Part shown: one piece after another, positions 1 to 11,326 of the stretch
Layout of the letters: every line of letters begins with the position of its first letter
Numbering within the stretch: position 1 is the first letter of the stretch
Source of the DNA: Nematocida ausubeli
Taxonomy: Eukaryota
Length of the DNA: 64,000 nucleotides
NCBI RefSeq assembly: GCF_000738915.1
Contig: NW_026515634.1
Span: forward strand, 723,156-787,155
Direction: 5' to 3'
The notes under the pieces: model-generated
Database searches by the model: none
What the model saw: the letters and a program-made list of their open reading frames with translations, nothing else
Told to the model about the DNA's origin: nothing
Made by a program: the position numbers and the translations under genes

Positions 1-2148
1 TATTTTTAGTCTTTCAAATATATCACAGAATCCTTTTTTTTGTGTTTTTACTTCACAGAACTCTATATTAATACTATTATATAGTGCAATATTCTTAATT
101 ACCTTAGTTAGGTAGTTTCTTATGTCATTTCCTAGTATTATTTTAAGTGTTTTTCCTTGGACAAAATAACTTTTTATATACGCCTGTGTACTTTTCTTAT
201 TGTTTTCTTTCATTATATTCTCTAATGTTTGTATTTCTAGCTTTATTATGGCTGCCTCTACATTTTCTGCATTTTTCAGTCTATTCTCAAGGAGTATTTT
301 TTTCTTCATTTCTATACTTTTAATTATATTTATGATATTTTTCTCAATGAAGACCTTTTCTTTTTTGGAGATTTCTGGACTGGCTGAAATTTCTTTGTAA
401 AGAGTGATTTCTTCTGTCATATCATAATTATTTATCTGATTGATTCTTTCTTTAATCTTATCTATTTCTTTTTTTTTACCTATTCCTGTTATTTCTTTGA
501 TAACGTACAGTATATTTACTAGGCCTGGCATAAGTTGGGTTTTATTCTGCTGGGTATAGCGTATATTTGGGTTATCTAAGTTGCAGAGTACCTTTTTCCA
601 GTCATTTAGTACTCCCTGGGTGACTGCTCCGTACATATTTTTGTGTTTCTTGAAAAAGTTCTTTAGTTCTTCTGAGGGTGTCTTTATGTGGTCTATTGTG
701 TATATATTCTTCTCTTTGTTATATACAGCCCAGCAGAACATCCCTAGTAGTGCTATTTCCGTGTAGTCAGTGAATTTCACTTGATTTTTCAGATTTTCTT
801 CAGAAATAACTGCTTTTTCAGTTGGTTCAAAATACAGAAGATTTTCCTGGTGCTTTATAAAGTCATTGTAAAGCATTCTTGCTGGGTATATTATGTCTTT
901 GCCCTGGGAATCTGTAGATTCCTTCTTGATATTTACAAAACAACTGTTGAAAATGGCTAATTTTTCCATGTACATGAGATCTTCTAGATTAGCATCTTCC
1001 TGCTCCATGCAGCCACCCTTCAGATTACGCCATAACTGCTTGGTTTTGCTGCCTTCAATAATTTCCTCTTCATAACCTATATATTCACTCAGGAGACTGT
1101 AGACTTTTTTCTCAAATAAAACCATTTCTTCTGTGCTTTCTATAGAGTGGCATATATACGTCTGTATGAGGAATCCTGGCCCATCAACAAATCTTCTCTT
1201 TTCAAGCAGATTATCACACGCAGCCATCCCTAAAGTACGCTTTCTTTCTTTAATAATCCGTTTTTTTCTGTTTTTTATAAAGAAATTTACTACACTAACT
1301 GCATTTCTTTCGTACATGATTTTTTGCATATTTGGGAACCATGTGCCTTCTTTATTCGCTTTATCAAATGTATTTATGCTTACCCTGAAGTAATCTTCCT
1401 TATTATCTGCCTTTTTCAGCACCAGACTAACTCTATTCCTGGTTTTCTTGAATTTCAGTGGCACATTTACGCCATTTGCAAGCAGAAATAGACAACCAAG
1501 TATATCATACTTGTGCTCTTTCACGTCCTCTTTATTAATGAATGCGTAGAAAGAGTCATTTCTATCTGTCCATATAGAAGCATATCCATCAAGTGAAGGA
1601 AACATCTCAAGAAGCGTGGTAAAATAGTCTTGCTTGTAATTGAGCAAGCCATCTTCATATGGCAATTTATCACGCACTTTGTCCTTTGTGAAGTCTCGTG
1701 CGTGCATATATATGGGACTCTTTGAAGTAAATTTCGAATTATTTTTCAAAGTTTCTGCTTCTTTAGAAATATCCTTGAGAACGGCTATAGAGTGGGATAA
1801 CTGGATTTCTGGTGAGAGAAATCTTTTCCTATGAATAATTCCAATATTCCAGGCTTCTTCCCTTAGTATCAAGTGTATACGCCTTTCTGAACTGTCTTTT
1901 TTCTTTCTTCCATCACTTGGAGCTGCAACTATCTGGATACTTCTTAGTCTGTCTTCTACTAGAATTTTTTCCCATATTTTGCACAGTGAAAGTAGCCAAA
2001 TAAGCATGGTTATTTTTACTCTGCAAATAGTTCTTACTTTTTCTTGTTGTTTTATTCGACATATCTCTAAGTCTCTTGCTATTATTCCTTTATGCATTGG
2101 CATCTGACTATTTCTCTTCAAAGGACTGCACTTCGTCGCACTCAACAT
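1..2148 (-). CDS. Lineage-specific large-gene-family protein (partial, runs off the window start); paralog of 33111-36179 and 36930-40223
   Basis: Absent from the ORF track because it has no stop inside the window. Manual translation from ATG at 2148 gives MLSATKCSPLKRNSQM...RTICRVKITMLIWLLSLCKIWEKIL...NIGIIHRKRFLSPEIQLSHSI, matching blocks in the paralogs. I did not check every codon. Confidence 0.85.
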   Translation of the reverse strand, partial: MLSATKCSPLKRNSQMPMHKGIIARDLEICRIKQQEKVRTICRVKITMLIWLLSLCKIWEKILVEDRLRSIQIVAAPSDGRKKKDSSERRIHLILREEAWNIGIIHRKRFLSPEIQLSHSIAVLKDISKEAETLKNNSKFTSKSPIYMHARDFTKDKVRDKLPYEDGLLNYKQDYFTTLLEMFPSLDGYASIWTDRNDSFYAFINKEDVKEHKYDILGCLFLLANGVNVPLKFKKTRNRVSLVLKKADNKEDYFRVSINTFDKANKEGTWFPNMQKIMYERNAVSVVNFFIKNRKKRIIKERKRTLGMAACDNLLEKRRFVDGPGFLIQTYICHSIESTEEMVLFEKKVYSLLSEYIGYEEEIIEGSKTKQLWRNLKGGCMEQEDANLEDLMYMEKLAIFNSCFVNIKKESTDSQGKDIIYPARMLYNDFIKHQENLLYFEPTEKAVISEENLKNQVKFTDYTEIALLGMFCWAVYNKEKNIYTIDHIKTPSEELKNFFKKHKNMYGAVTQGVLNDWKKVLCNLDNPNIRYTQQNKTQLMPGLVNILYVIKEITGIGKKKEIDKIKERINQINNYDMTEEITLYKEISASPEISKKEKVFIEKNIINIIKSIEMKKKILLENRLKNAENVEAAIIKLEIQTLENIMKENNKKSTQAYIKSYFVQGKTLKIILGNDIRNYLTKVIKNIALYNSINIEFCEVKTQKKGFCDIFERLKI

Positions 2149-3590
2149 CTTATCATTTATTTTTTCGAAATATTTATAGAAGATAATTTGCAATTTATGT
2201 GTATATATGCGTATTAATGAGCATATTCTAGTTTTAATTAGAAATATTGCATTGTGTTAAGCTAAAAGTTAATTAATTTAAAAAGCTGGGATACTTGCAT
2301 TATATTAGTCTACAACTACTATTACTGCATGTGTATACTCTCTACTGCAGAACTGCCTCTTCTTGTGAACTTCCTTTGTACTCTGAGACATGTAAAATGC
2401 AGAAATTAGTGCAAAACTGTCTGAAGCTAAGAAATACAGCTTGGCCATGAAGCAGAATATCCTAGGGAATAGAAAAGAATGAACTTGTAGTATGGCTAGG
2501 TGCCAAGTGCATTTTCAAGAGATTAATAAAAGTTCTTTATAGAATTAGACTATCCTGCCTTGAAGGGAAGAGGGTTCTTTGTTGGGTTAGGAGTATTCTA
2601 TGTGTGTCTCCTTTATCTTGTGCTAAATTAAGCTAAATTATGGGAAATTTACCATTTCTTTAGAAATTTCTTGTGCTCAACTTCTTTCTCTCTTACTGGA
2701 GACTGCGGCTGCTCTTTGCACAGACCCTCTTAAACATTTCTAAAGTATATTACATTATAATAGGTAATTTTCTTGCAGCCTTTGATATCTTTATTCTATA
2801 TACATCTATTTCTTTACCTCAGATACACTATATCTCTATATGTGCCCTGCTGTTTGTGCATTCTGCATGTTTTCTCGTTATATTTTTCTTTATTTTTTAT
2901 CTTTTTTTTCTTTATAAACAAACCTATCACTCTATAAATTTATATTTCAATGTGTACGCATCTTTTTCAAAGAGAGGAAAATACACAAAAACTGCAAATA
3001 TCAAAGAACCCCATATAAAAGAACCTCAGAAGAAACAAAAGCACAAAAACCCATGAGCATTGCTAGGGCTATACAAAGAGAACAGAATTTTACAAGAAAA
3101 TCACACATATAAGTAAGAATCATTAGAAAAAAGAAGAGTTAAACAAATATGCAGACATAACAAGCCACAATGCGATACAATAGACATCTTTATTTAGTTC
3201 CTGAAAGTCCCACACATTTTTATATTCATTTCCGAATAAAACACAAAAAATATCAAACACCCTATTTCCCAGAAATAGTTGCACTTCAGGCAGTAGAAAC
3301 AAGGATAGATCAAAATGCATTTCAGAAAATCCAAAAGATAAGGTTTTCATACACTGCATACTATAAATACCCAGACTATTAATAAGCAACAAGAAGCTAG
3401 CTAAAAGCAAGTGATACACCACCCCAGAATATTTAATATACATATAATAGAAAAAGATCAATGAAACTAAGCATATAACCAACTAAAACACCAAATAAGC
3501 TTATTTTATCCCATGCACAGAAGAATCTACCATCTAATACTTTATGCTCTACTGTACGGCCAGATTTCCTTCGAATTATTTTTAATTTCC

Positions 3591-3770
3591 ATGCAGACAA
3601 ACAAGTCATTTGAAGAACTATTTAACTTTGTGGAGAATGCACCCAGTGTCATGTCCGCAGCAAACTTATTCACAGACGAAGACTGGTCCCTGGGGTGGCA
3701 AGATAACCCAGAAGGCTATGACATAAAGAGCGAGTTTGACATGCTGACAGAACTCCATAAAAGACTCTAA
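3591..3770 (+). CDS. Small acidic protein, possibly Sem1/DSS1-like
   Basis: 59 aa from the ATG at 3591. The pattern FEE...DEDW...WQDN...EF..L.EL loosely resembles Sem1/DSS1. Confidence 0.3.
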   Translation: MQTNKSFEELFNFVENAPSVMSAANLFTDEDWSLGWQDNPEGYDIKSEFDMLTELHKRL

Positions 3771-3975
3771 ATTGTCTGAAAGAAAGTGCTATTTGTGCAT
3801 TTTATTTTTTATGTGTATGGATAGAAAGTCATTCTCCAGATTATTCCTCTTTAATACTACCTTCTCACAGAGTCCCTCCATCTCCACATCAGACCTAACA
3901 CACAAGCTAGACTGGGGCGCAGAAATAGATGGGCAACTAGCTAGCTTACAGCAGGAAATATTTCAATAAAAATGG

Positions 3976-4305
3976 CTAGAGTGCAATGTAATCCAGGTCA
4001 TCATTTGTCTTTACTTTCTCAGTTATTTCAGGCACTTTTTCCATCTCTTCATGGGAGAAGGTACCTTCCCCTAATAAAATTATGTTTTCACCCCGTAGAA
4101 GAACAGACTCACTCTCAATGGACGAGTACTCAGTAGAGGATGTAGTGTATTCTGTGCTGTCTTCCAGGAGAATATTGTAGTATTGGTCGTATGACCGAAG
4201 GGTACCCACCATGTACTTCCCATCCCGCATGACCACAAAAATAGATTTATCCAGATATTCTTCCATTAGACGGGTTCCTTTAGAGCCAGTGACAGCAGAG
4301 TTCAT
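3976..4305 (-). CDS. LSM1: Sm-like protein Lsm1
   Basis: Sm1 motif VVMRDGKYMVGTLRSYDQYYNILL and Sm2 motif LLRGENIILLGE; ATG at 4305. Confidence 0.85.
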   Translation of the reverse strand: MNSAVTGSKGTRLMEEYLDKSIFVVMRDGKYMVGTLRSYDQYYNILLEDSTEYTTSSTEYSSIESESVLLRGENIILLGEGTFSHEEMEKVPEITEKVKTNDDLDYIAL

Positions 4306-4875
4306 AAAGGAAGAAAAAAGTAAAGAATAAATTGCAGAGAAAAGCACAAGGGCAGCCTACTAGGCAGAAAGTGGAAATAATTAGTCAGTTGAAAAGTGTG
4401 CAAATTATCAAGTAATTTATGTATTACAACAAGAATATTGAATATTTCAAGAATTTAGAATAACTGTATCTGCGGGTTATAAGTATTTAAGGGAAGTGTA
4501 CCAGATATAACCCAAAATAATTCACTTTAATTTTGAAGTCCATTATAATAGACTAATTTCCACTGGAATTTAAATAACTGAAATATTTAGTGCTTTATTA
4601 TCTACCTTTCATCTTATTGAAAATATTCATTATTTATGACTACCCTCAGTACAGAAATATTCTCGACAGAAATAAAAAAATATTCTGAAGAGAAACAAAA
4701 AATACTTAGAATAAAACCACTAATTCAATAAAATATTCCTACAAGTAAAACCAACAGAAACAAAAGACACTAGATAGACTCATCTATTACCTGGGATTAT
4801 AAATATTTCTAGATTGTTTTGTATACAGACTGCCAATATGAAACAATACTTAAACATTTTGGGTTTGTTATTCTT

Positions 4876-6180
4876 ATGAGTGCCACCATGGAAGAGAGAA
4901 TAAAAAGAAGCCACAGCTATAAAGTATATACTCTATACTTTAGAAGTAGACTTGTCATGTTCATGCTGTCTTTATTCGTATTTCACATAATAATCGTATC
5001 GTATGAAATATTCTTCCTTTTATACTGCAAGGTTAAATTAGACGAGAGAATGCTTCCTGAGCAAAACCCAGCCCTGTTTGAACTAATGAAAGGTACAAGG
5101 CAAATAAATGTCTTTAAAATGCAGGCGAAACTATCACTAAAATGGGCCATCAGAAGGGCACAAGGCATATTCTCAAAGCTAATAGATTATATCTTAATTA
5201 TCGTGTTTTTTTCCCATAAAATCAGACAAGGCATAATGAAATACACCAACAGATATAAAGGCCTTGTACAAATACGTTCATCTCATATGCCTGTGAAAGA
5301 TGCTAATTTCATTTGTCTTATATTCCTGGCTATGGGAATAAAATCAGTTATTGGGGAGTGGATTACAAAATCAAGAAGTGATGTAACGGACTTACTCGTA
5401 GGAACACTAATTCAGTTGGTGAAGTACCTGATATTTTGCCCTATTTTTATATGGTTATTTAGCTCAGTCTACAACAAGACAAGAAATGGCCTGATATTTG
5501 CCTCGTACATTGCAATAGTCGTGCTTATCCTTGTGGCTAACTGTACTACAATAATTTCAGAGCCACTTGATGGCCTTGAGAAAATTCCAGCAAAAGAGCT
5601 TGGGCCAGAACTCTACAGGGAGCTAGTGAGAATGAACCTGGATGAAAAAATATTCTGGGACCAAGCAGCAGAAGGGGAGAATGCAGCTCTTGTTAGGACA
5701 GGAGCAGCCAGGTACATTATTGTAATGGGAAACCTGTTAAAATACGGTCAAAAGGAGTTTGCCTCTTTCATAGCACACGAGGTAGGGCATGCAGATGATT
5801 CCAGTACAGAAAAAAAACTACTTGCAACGGTAATTGGTCTAGGCTTATCATGTGGTTTAATGGTTGCAATCCTAAGGATTATCACACCGAAATTTGAGCA
5901 GCATGATGTCCCCAGGTTCTCTGTTGTTCTTTTTTTGCTGCTAGCAAATATTCACATATTTTCAGGTTTAACGAACATGTTCTACAACAACCTATCGATT
6001 CTATCAGAAGTAAATGCAGATTTATATGCGAAAAATCTGGGATTTGGAGAGACATTAGCAAGTGGATTGTATAAGTTAGTCGTAGACAGTGGGAATCTTC
6101 TGTTCCATTCCACAATATACACTTACTATGCGCAAGACCATCCTGTAGTGGCTGCTAGAATTGCGTATTTAAATAAATAG
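4876..6180 (+). CDS. M48-family membrane zinc metalloprotease (Ste24/CAAX protease-like)
   Basis: Several transmembrane segments, HEVGH zinc motif, EVNADLYA third-ligand motif, C-terminal HP..AARI. Confidence 0.85.
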   Translation: MSATMEERIKRSHSYKVYTLYFRSRLVMFMLSLFVFHIIIVSYEIFFLLYCKVKLDERMLPEQNPALFELMKGTRQINVFKMQAKLSLKWAIRRAQGIFSKLIDYILIIVFFSHKIRQGIMKYTNRYKGLVQIRSSHMPVKDANFICLIFLAMGIKSVIGEWITKSRSDVTDLLVGTLIQLVKYLIFCPIFIWLFSSVYNKTRNGLIFASYIAIVVLILVANCTTIISEPLDGLEKIPAKELGPELYRELVRMNLDEKIFWDQAAEGENAALVRTGAARYIIVMGNLLKYGQKEFASFIAHEVGHADDSSTEKKLLATVIGLGLSCGLMVAILRIITPKFEQHDVPRFSVVLFLLLANIHIFSGLTNMFYNNLSILSEVNADLYAKNLGFGETLASGLYKLVVDSGNLLFHSTIYTYYAQDHPVVAARIAYLNK

Positions 6181-6638
6181 AAAAGATCTCAGATTAAAAA
6201 GTGTTAAATTCACGGGTCTCTGGTAGTTTTAAAAGAGATATTCAATGCAGGCATACAATCAAGCATACAGTAAAAATATCCTGCAGTAAGACATGTGTAT
6301 CACAGTAGTACGAGACTGATTATTTTATAGTTTTAAATATTCTATTTAAATATCACAGGAAATAGCACTTTATGCAATAAATTCAATGAAGACACAACGT
6401 ACCATGCATAAAAGCACTCTAATAGAAAGTCTCCCTAAATAATATTCTATCACATAAAATTCAAAATATTCCACCTAAAATAATCTCAGAACATGCCACT
6501 TCCCAGGATACCATATAAAATCACAAGATAACCCAATTTATTACCAGAATAACAAATAATCCCAAAGAAATCCCACTAATACACCTTCCTACCACAGTAA
6601 ATTAAACATATAAAACCAAACAAATAAAATATTTTAAT

Positions 6639-7340
6639 ATGGACTCAGGAAGAAATGTAAATGCATACGGAACAGATGGAAGAATCCACCAATTAGAATA
6701 CGCAATGAAGGCAGCATCACTAGGTACGACTACAATAGGTGTAAAGGTAGACACAGGAGTGGTTGTCGTCTCAGAAAAGAAGATTGTCACAGGACTACAG
6801 ATCCCAGAAAGTGTAAAAAAGCATCACTTAGTCTACGAGCACTGTGGATTTGCATTCTCAGGGCTAAGTGGTGATGCCCGTACGATTATTTCTAAGGCCA
6901 GGGATAATGCAATTAACCACAAATTCATATACAATGAAAAAATACCAGTAGAAGGCGTAGCACAGTTTCTTTCTTCAATTGCCTTAAACTTCTCATCAGA
7001 TAACTCAGCAAACAAGATATTCAGTAGACCATTCGGTATATCTATTTTAGTCCCAGGGTACGACGCAGAACCAAGACTATTTTCACTAGATGCCTCCGGG
7101 TCATACAGAGACTACAAGGCAAAGGCAATTGGGTCAGCCGCAGAGGCAGTCACAACAGAACTAGAGAATACGTATAATAAAGAGAAGTCCATTGAGGAGA
7201 CAATTTGCAGTACCCTTCTTCTGCTAAAATCAGTTATGAAGGATCCAATTAACAAATACAACTGTGAGGTAATGGTATGCAGGAAGGAAGGTGTAGAATT
7301 ACTGGACACAGACAGAATTGAAGAGTACCTGAATAAATAA
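6639..7340 (+). CDS. PUP2: 20S proteasome alpha subunit, probably alpha-5
   Basis: Motifs DGRIHQLEYA, SGLSGDAR, FSRPFG and AKAIGS. Confidence 0.85.
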   Translation: MDSGRNVNAYGTDGRIHQLEYAMKAASLGTTTIGVKVDTGVVVVSEKKIVTGLQIPESVKKHHLVYEHCGFAFSGLSGDARTIISKARDNAINHKFIYNEKIPVEGVAQFLSSIALNFSSDNSANKIFSRPFGISILVPGYDAEPRLFSLDASGSYRDYKAKAIGSAAEAVTTELENTYNKEKSIEETICSTLLLLKSVMKDPINKYNCEVMVCRKEGVELLDTDRIEEYLNK

Positions 7341-7487
7341 GAATATGTTATAGATCTATACAGATTATATTTGACCGTTAGAGATAAGGTGTAATATACT
7401 ACAGAGAGATAAAAATGAAATATTAAAATACGTTATTTTACTGCAGAATATCAGGATAGTAGACAGATTTATTATAGAAGGAACTGT

Positions 7488-7710
7488 CTAGACTAAACTG
7501 AATATACTAGACAGTTACTAGATAAAAGTAGCTAGACACTAGATAGTATAGACAGATATAGTTTAGACTAACCAGTTACTAGATAAAAATATACTAAACT
7601 GAATATATTAACCAGTTACTAAACCGAAATATACTAAACTAAAATATAATTTAGACTAACTAATACTGTCTAAAACCAACCAAAAATATACTAAACTGAA
7701 TGGACTAGTT
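7488..7710. repeat. Degenerate low-complexity tandem repeat
   Basis: Recurring AATATACTAAACTG and CAGTTACTAGATAAAA units between two convergent genes. Confidence 0.7.
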
Positions 7711-7737
7711 TAAATTCCTTGTAAATTTACTTCATAA

Positions 7738-8256
7738 CTATGCATACGAGTATATCTTATCCCCTAATCTGTTGATTATTTTAATGGCAATCCCTGTCCT
7801 TTGAGTATTCACTTCTTCATTATCCATGGCTACTACACCAACACCAAGTGCATTTATTTTTCCATAACCATATATTCCAACTATATCCCCAACTGAAACA
7901 GCAGGATATGTGGATGTAGAGTGTAATAAGCCAGGAGCCATAAGATCAGCCCCATTTATCAAGTACTTTATGGCACCTGCATCTACAACTACCTTAGGCA
8001 ATATATCTGGTACAATATGAACACATTTCAACAAGGGAATGTATGCAGTCCCAGACACTTTAAATATAGGCGTATTATTACGTAATATAAACTGCTCCTT
8101 CTCTTCTGTCTTTATTGTCTCCAGGACATCTTCTTTTCCTAATAGTATAGATAAGTCTGTTGTAAATTGTCCTTTAATTTGTTTTGCTAGTGCCTTAGAG
8201 AGTCTATTCTTTGTTGTAGGAAGAAACATAAGAGTGAAAAAATATTCATATTTCAT
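7738..8256 (-). CDS. TMA20: PUA-domain translation factor Tma20/MCT-1
   Basis: LPKVVVDAGAIKYLINGADLMAPGL and C-terminal GIAIKIINRLGDKIY. Confidence 0.85.
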   Translation of the reverse strand: MKYEYFFTLMFLPTTKNRLSKALAKQIKGQFTTDLSILLGKEDVLETIKTEEKEQFILRNNTPIFKVSGTAYIPLLKCVHIVPDILPKVVVDAGAIKYLINGADLMAPGLLHSTSTYPAVSVGDIVGIYGYGKINALGVGVVAMDNEEVNTQRTGIAIKIINRLGDKIYSYA

Positions 8257-9173
8257 TTTCGCCTAAAAAGACTCATTCTACTGAGCATACCAGAGATACC
8301 TGCTGTTGCAATGGGTTCTTCTTGGGGCATATTAATATAAAGTGATGCCACGTCGTATGAGACAGGGTGGAATAGAAGGGAACTGTCTTGTGGTATATAT
8401 GATATCTCTTGGTTAACCGTATGCAAGTACTCTTCATCCAAATAATTAGCTGCAAATAAGTCTACTGCTTGTGTGTATATTTGGTTCCATTGGGACATGT
8501 ACCTGGGAAGTGTTTTTTTGGAGATTTTATCGTTTCTTTCCTCTAAGGAATGAAGGCCTTTTTTAAATTCTTCTACTTTTGAGACTGCCAGGATGATCAG
8601 AGAGTCAAAGTCTGTCTTACTTCTTAGTTTTCTTATGACATTTTTATAGTTCTTTGAGATAAACTCATTTTTAAGGGTCTCTTCATGGAAGATTAAAGGT
8701 ATCCCTTGGAATACATGTGTGTATTCTGCTGTTGGCTCTGTGTGTGTTAGTAGTATATTTCTAACTGACTTAATTGAGACACAATTTACAATTGAATTCA
8801 TTTCTTTAATTAAGTCTCTGTCTGTTTTTACACTTGCATAGGAGATATATGCTTGTGTCCTTAGATTAATGAATTTTATGAAATCTTCGTTATTTTTGCA
8901 TTCACTCTCTGCAATGTACAATGCACGCCTTATCAAGGGCTTCTTTAATTTTCCAGTCTTCAGATACCTCTCTCTGGCCTTTAAGAATTCCCATTCAATT
9001 CGCATAAAAGTAAAAAGGTCTTTGTTCTCTGACTGCTTCATCATTCCACGAAGTATTTCCAGGGCACGTGTATTCCTTATTTCCAGCTGACTGGGTGAAC
9101 CCACTACTAAGCCAAGCACGCCTTGCAGCTTGCATCTCTTCAAGACTGTCCCAAAGCATTTAAATTCAACCAT
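8253..9173 (-). CDS. Hypothetical protein, possibly a reduced SRP68
   Basis: 306 aa, predicted helical. The C-terminal FHPVSYDVASLYI..P and GISGMLSRMSLFRRK resemble the SRP68 C-terminus. Confidence 0.5.
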   Translation of the reverse strand: MVEFKCFGTVLKRCKLQGVLGLVVGSPSQLEIRNTRALEILRGMMKQSENKDLFTFMRIEWEFLKARERYLKTGKLKKPLIRRALYIAESECKNNEDFIKFINLRTQAYISYASVKTDRDLIKEMNSIVNCVSIKSVRNILLTHTEPTAEYTHVFQGIPLIFHEETLKNEFISKNYKNVIRKLRSKTDFDSLIILAVSKVEEFKKGLHSLEERNDKISKKTLPRYMSQWNQIYTQAVDLFAANYLDEEYLHTVNQEISYIPQDSSLLFHPVSYDVASLYINMPQEEPIATAGISGMLSRMSLFRRK

Positions 9174-10075
9174 GAAAAATATAAAAAATACCGAATTATA
9201 TCCTGCAGAGGGAAATCAGTGAGGTCATACTGAAATACTGTGGGATGCAATTATATTCAGGATATTAGCATATTCATGTAAGTACAGTAGTCTGGTTGAT
9301 CTATACATTAAGAGACTATTGAAATAGAGTGTTTTAAATGAAATTAAGTTTACTTAATCGAATGCTGCACTACTACTGTACGGTACAATAGTTAAATTAG
9401 AGGACAAGTTATTTCTAGTGGATATACAATCTGGTTAAAAAATGATACATTAGTCTAAAATATACTGGGTATCTGTCAAGGATCAATGTACATAAGAGAA
9501 AATAATATTTCAAGCAGATGGCACTAGTCTAAAACTAGATCTAGATAGAAGTATTTTTTCAAAGGCACCTTATTTTTGTCATCCTGTGAGTGTCTATATT
9601 GAGTATATTTTTTTGTATTTTTGTCATTTAGTCATGTTCTATGTCTATATTGACTGTTTCCTTGTGAAGTGCTTTTCTTCTTTTAATATTTTTATAAAAT
9701 TCTAGTAGTAGTCTTCTAGTACGAAAGAATCTTTTCAAAATATTTTTATAAAATTCTAGTAGTAGACTAGTACAACCAAAATATAACTAAAAATTCAGTT
9801 AATTATTAATGGACTCTTTTGGCTTCAGAATATTTATGTGTGATGATAAATTACTATAATTTATAACGGATAAATAATTTTGATTAAATATAACACACTG
9901 TAAGCTAAATTATGGTGAATTCCCATGGAAAATGAATTAATTAAGGGTTAAACTTGGGTTATATCAGGTTATATCAGGAATTTATTGTAGATTCATTCTT
10001 GTATTTAATTTGGTTCATTCTGGTGCAGTAATTTCTTCATTATAGGAGTATTTTTAGTCATAAATTTATACAGAA

Positions 10076-11278
10076 TTATTCATTTTGCGCATAGAACAGT
10101 ATATAGACAGGCTTATTCAGAAGGTCAACCAAAGAAACACGAATTATTTCTTCATCATTTGTGAGGTACCATTGACTATTACGCCTAGTATATGCTATGT
10201 AGTGGCCTGAATCCATCTCTCCACTGTGCATGATCACTGAGAAAAGCGTAAATGTCTTTCCTGCTACTTCAAGTACTTCTGGGTACGTTATAATTGTGTC
10301 TATTTTTGAAACAGTTTTATTATGCACCTGGTACCTCTTTAGGTGCAGGCACAGTACGCTTGGTACCTCTGATATTTCCACTTTTTTAACGTATTTTTCA
10401 GAATTACCGCATGAACATTCCTTGCGTATACTGACTGCCTCTTCCTGAAAGTACCTTTCCAGTGTACTTTCTAATGAACTTCCAAAAATATTCATGCTTA
10501 TCGAGGTAAATGGCTCTTTTGTCTCTTCCTTCCTTGAGCAGGTGCATTTTATCGTTGACAAAAAAGTTCCCCCAAATGTCCCATGAATTGCGCACTTTTC
10601 TAATCCTGGAGTACACTTTACACTCCCATGGATCTGTGAGCTCAAAAACATAAAGAATTCTTGTACGTCTTGGTACTCACTCTTAGCAAAAGCAGGCGTA
10701 TTATTCCAGAATATTTTAAGAAGCTCAGAAATATCAACGTAACCGTCAGAATTATTGTACATCTGAAGGAGAATCCTGTTAAGAGCACAAAGAATACACT
10801 CTTTCTTCTTGCAGTTCTGTAGTACATGAGATATCTCTAATAAGTTCTTTATAAATGGCTTTAAGGAAAGTATTGACTGCAATAAACTACTCATGTAGCA
10901 GGTTCTTTTTAGGTTCAGGAATCCCTTTACCCAATTAAGGTTTAAACCCTGCATATTTTCAGGTAATTTTTGTGAATTTTTAACTGTCATTCTTCTTATA
11001 TCCGGAATAACAACATACTCTGCACATTCCTCACAAGATACAGATATAAATTGAGGTACAAAATAGCTTTTATGCCAGCTCTCTTTCCAGTGCATTTCCA
11101 CGTGTCCTCCTGCCCTGCAAAAGACAGAATTGCAGTCAATGCAGACCTCCTGGGAAAAAGTACTTTTACAGATTGTGCATCCTAATTGCATTCCTGTTCT
11201 TTCTGCTTCTTCTATTTTATTTATTATCCCAGATGACTTTTCAATTGTTTCTTCTACGTCCAGGTGGGTACATGTCAT
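10076..11278 (-). CDS. Ubiquitin-specific protease with N-terminal ZnF-UBP domain (Ubp8/USP22-like)
   Basis: Cys box GFLNLKRTCYMSSLLQ, QDVQEF, His box HSGEMDSGHYIAY, NDEEI; Cys/His-rich N-terminus starting MTCTHL. Confidence 0.9.
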   Translation of the reverse strand: MTCTHLDVEETIEKSSGIINKIEEAERTGMQLGCTICKSTFSQEVCIDCNSVFCRAGGHVEMHWKESWHKSYFVPQFISVSCEECAEYVVIPDIRRMTVKNSQKLPENMQGLNLNWVKGFLNLKRTCYMSSLLQSILSLKPFIKNLLEISHVLQNCKKKECILCALNRILLQMYNNSDGYVDISELLKIFWNNTPAFAKSEYQDVQEFFMFLSSQIHGSVKCTPGLEKCAIHGTFGGTFLSTIKCTCSRKEETKEPFTSISMNIFGSSLESTLERYFQEEAVSIRKECSCGNSEKYVKKVEISEVPSVLCLHLKRYQVHNKTVSKIDTIITYPEVLEVAGKTFTLFSVIMHSGEMDSGHYIAYTRRNSQWYLTNDEEIIRVSLVDLLNKPVYILFYAQNE

Positions 11279-11326
11279 CTTCTCTTTTTTTTCTTCTTCT
11301 ACGAGAAATTCAATAAAAATTACCAA

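Noticed and set aside
200..1834. Short + strand ORFs listed in the track
   Set aside because: They are antisense shadows of the minus-strand family gene at 1-2148.
3053..3382. Short + strand ORFs that might form a spliced or decayed gene
   Set aside because: No recognisable homology and no convincing intron.
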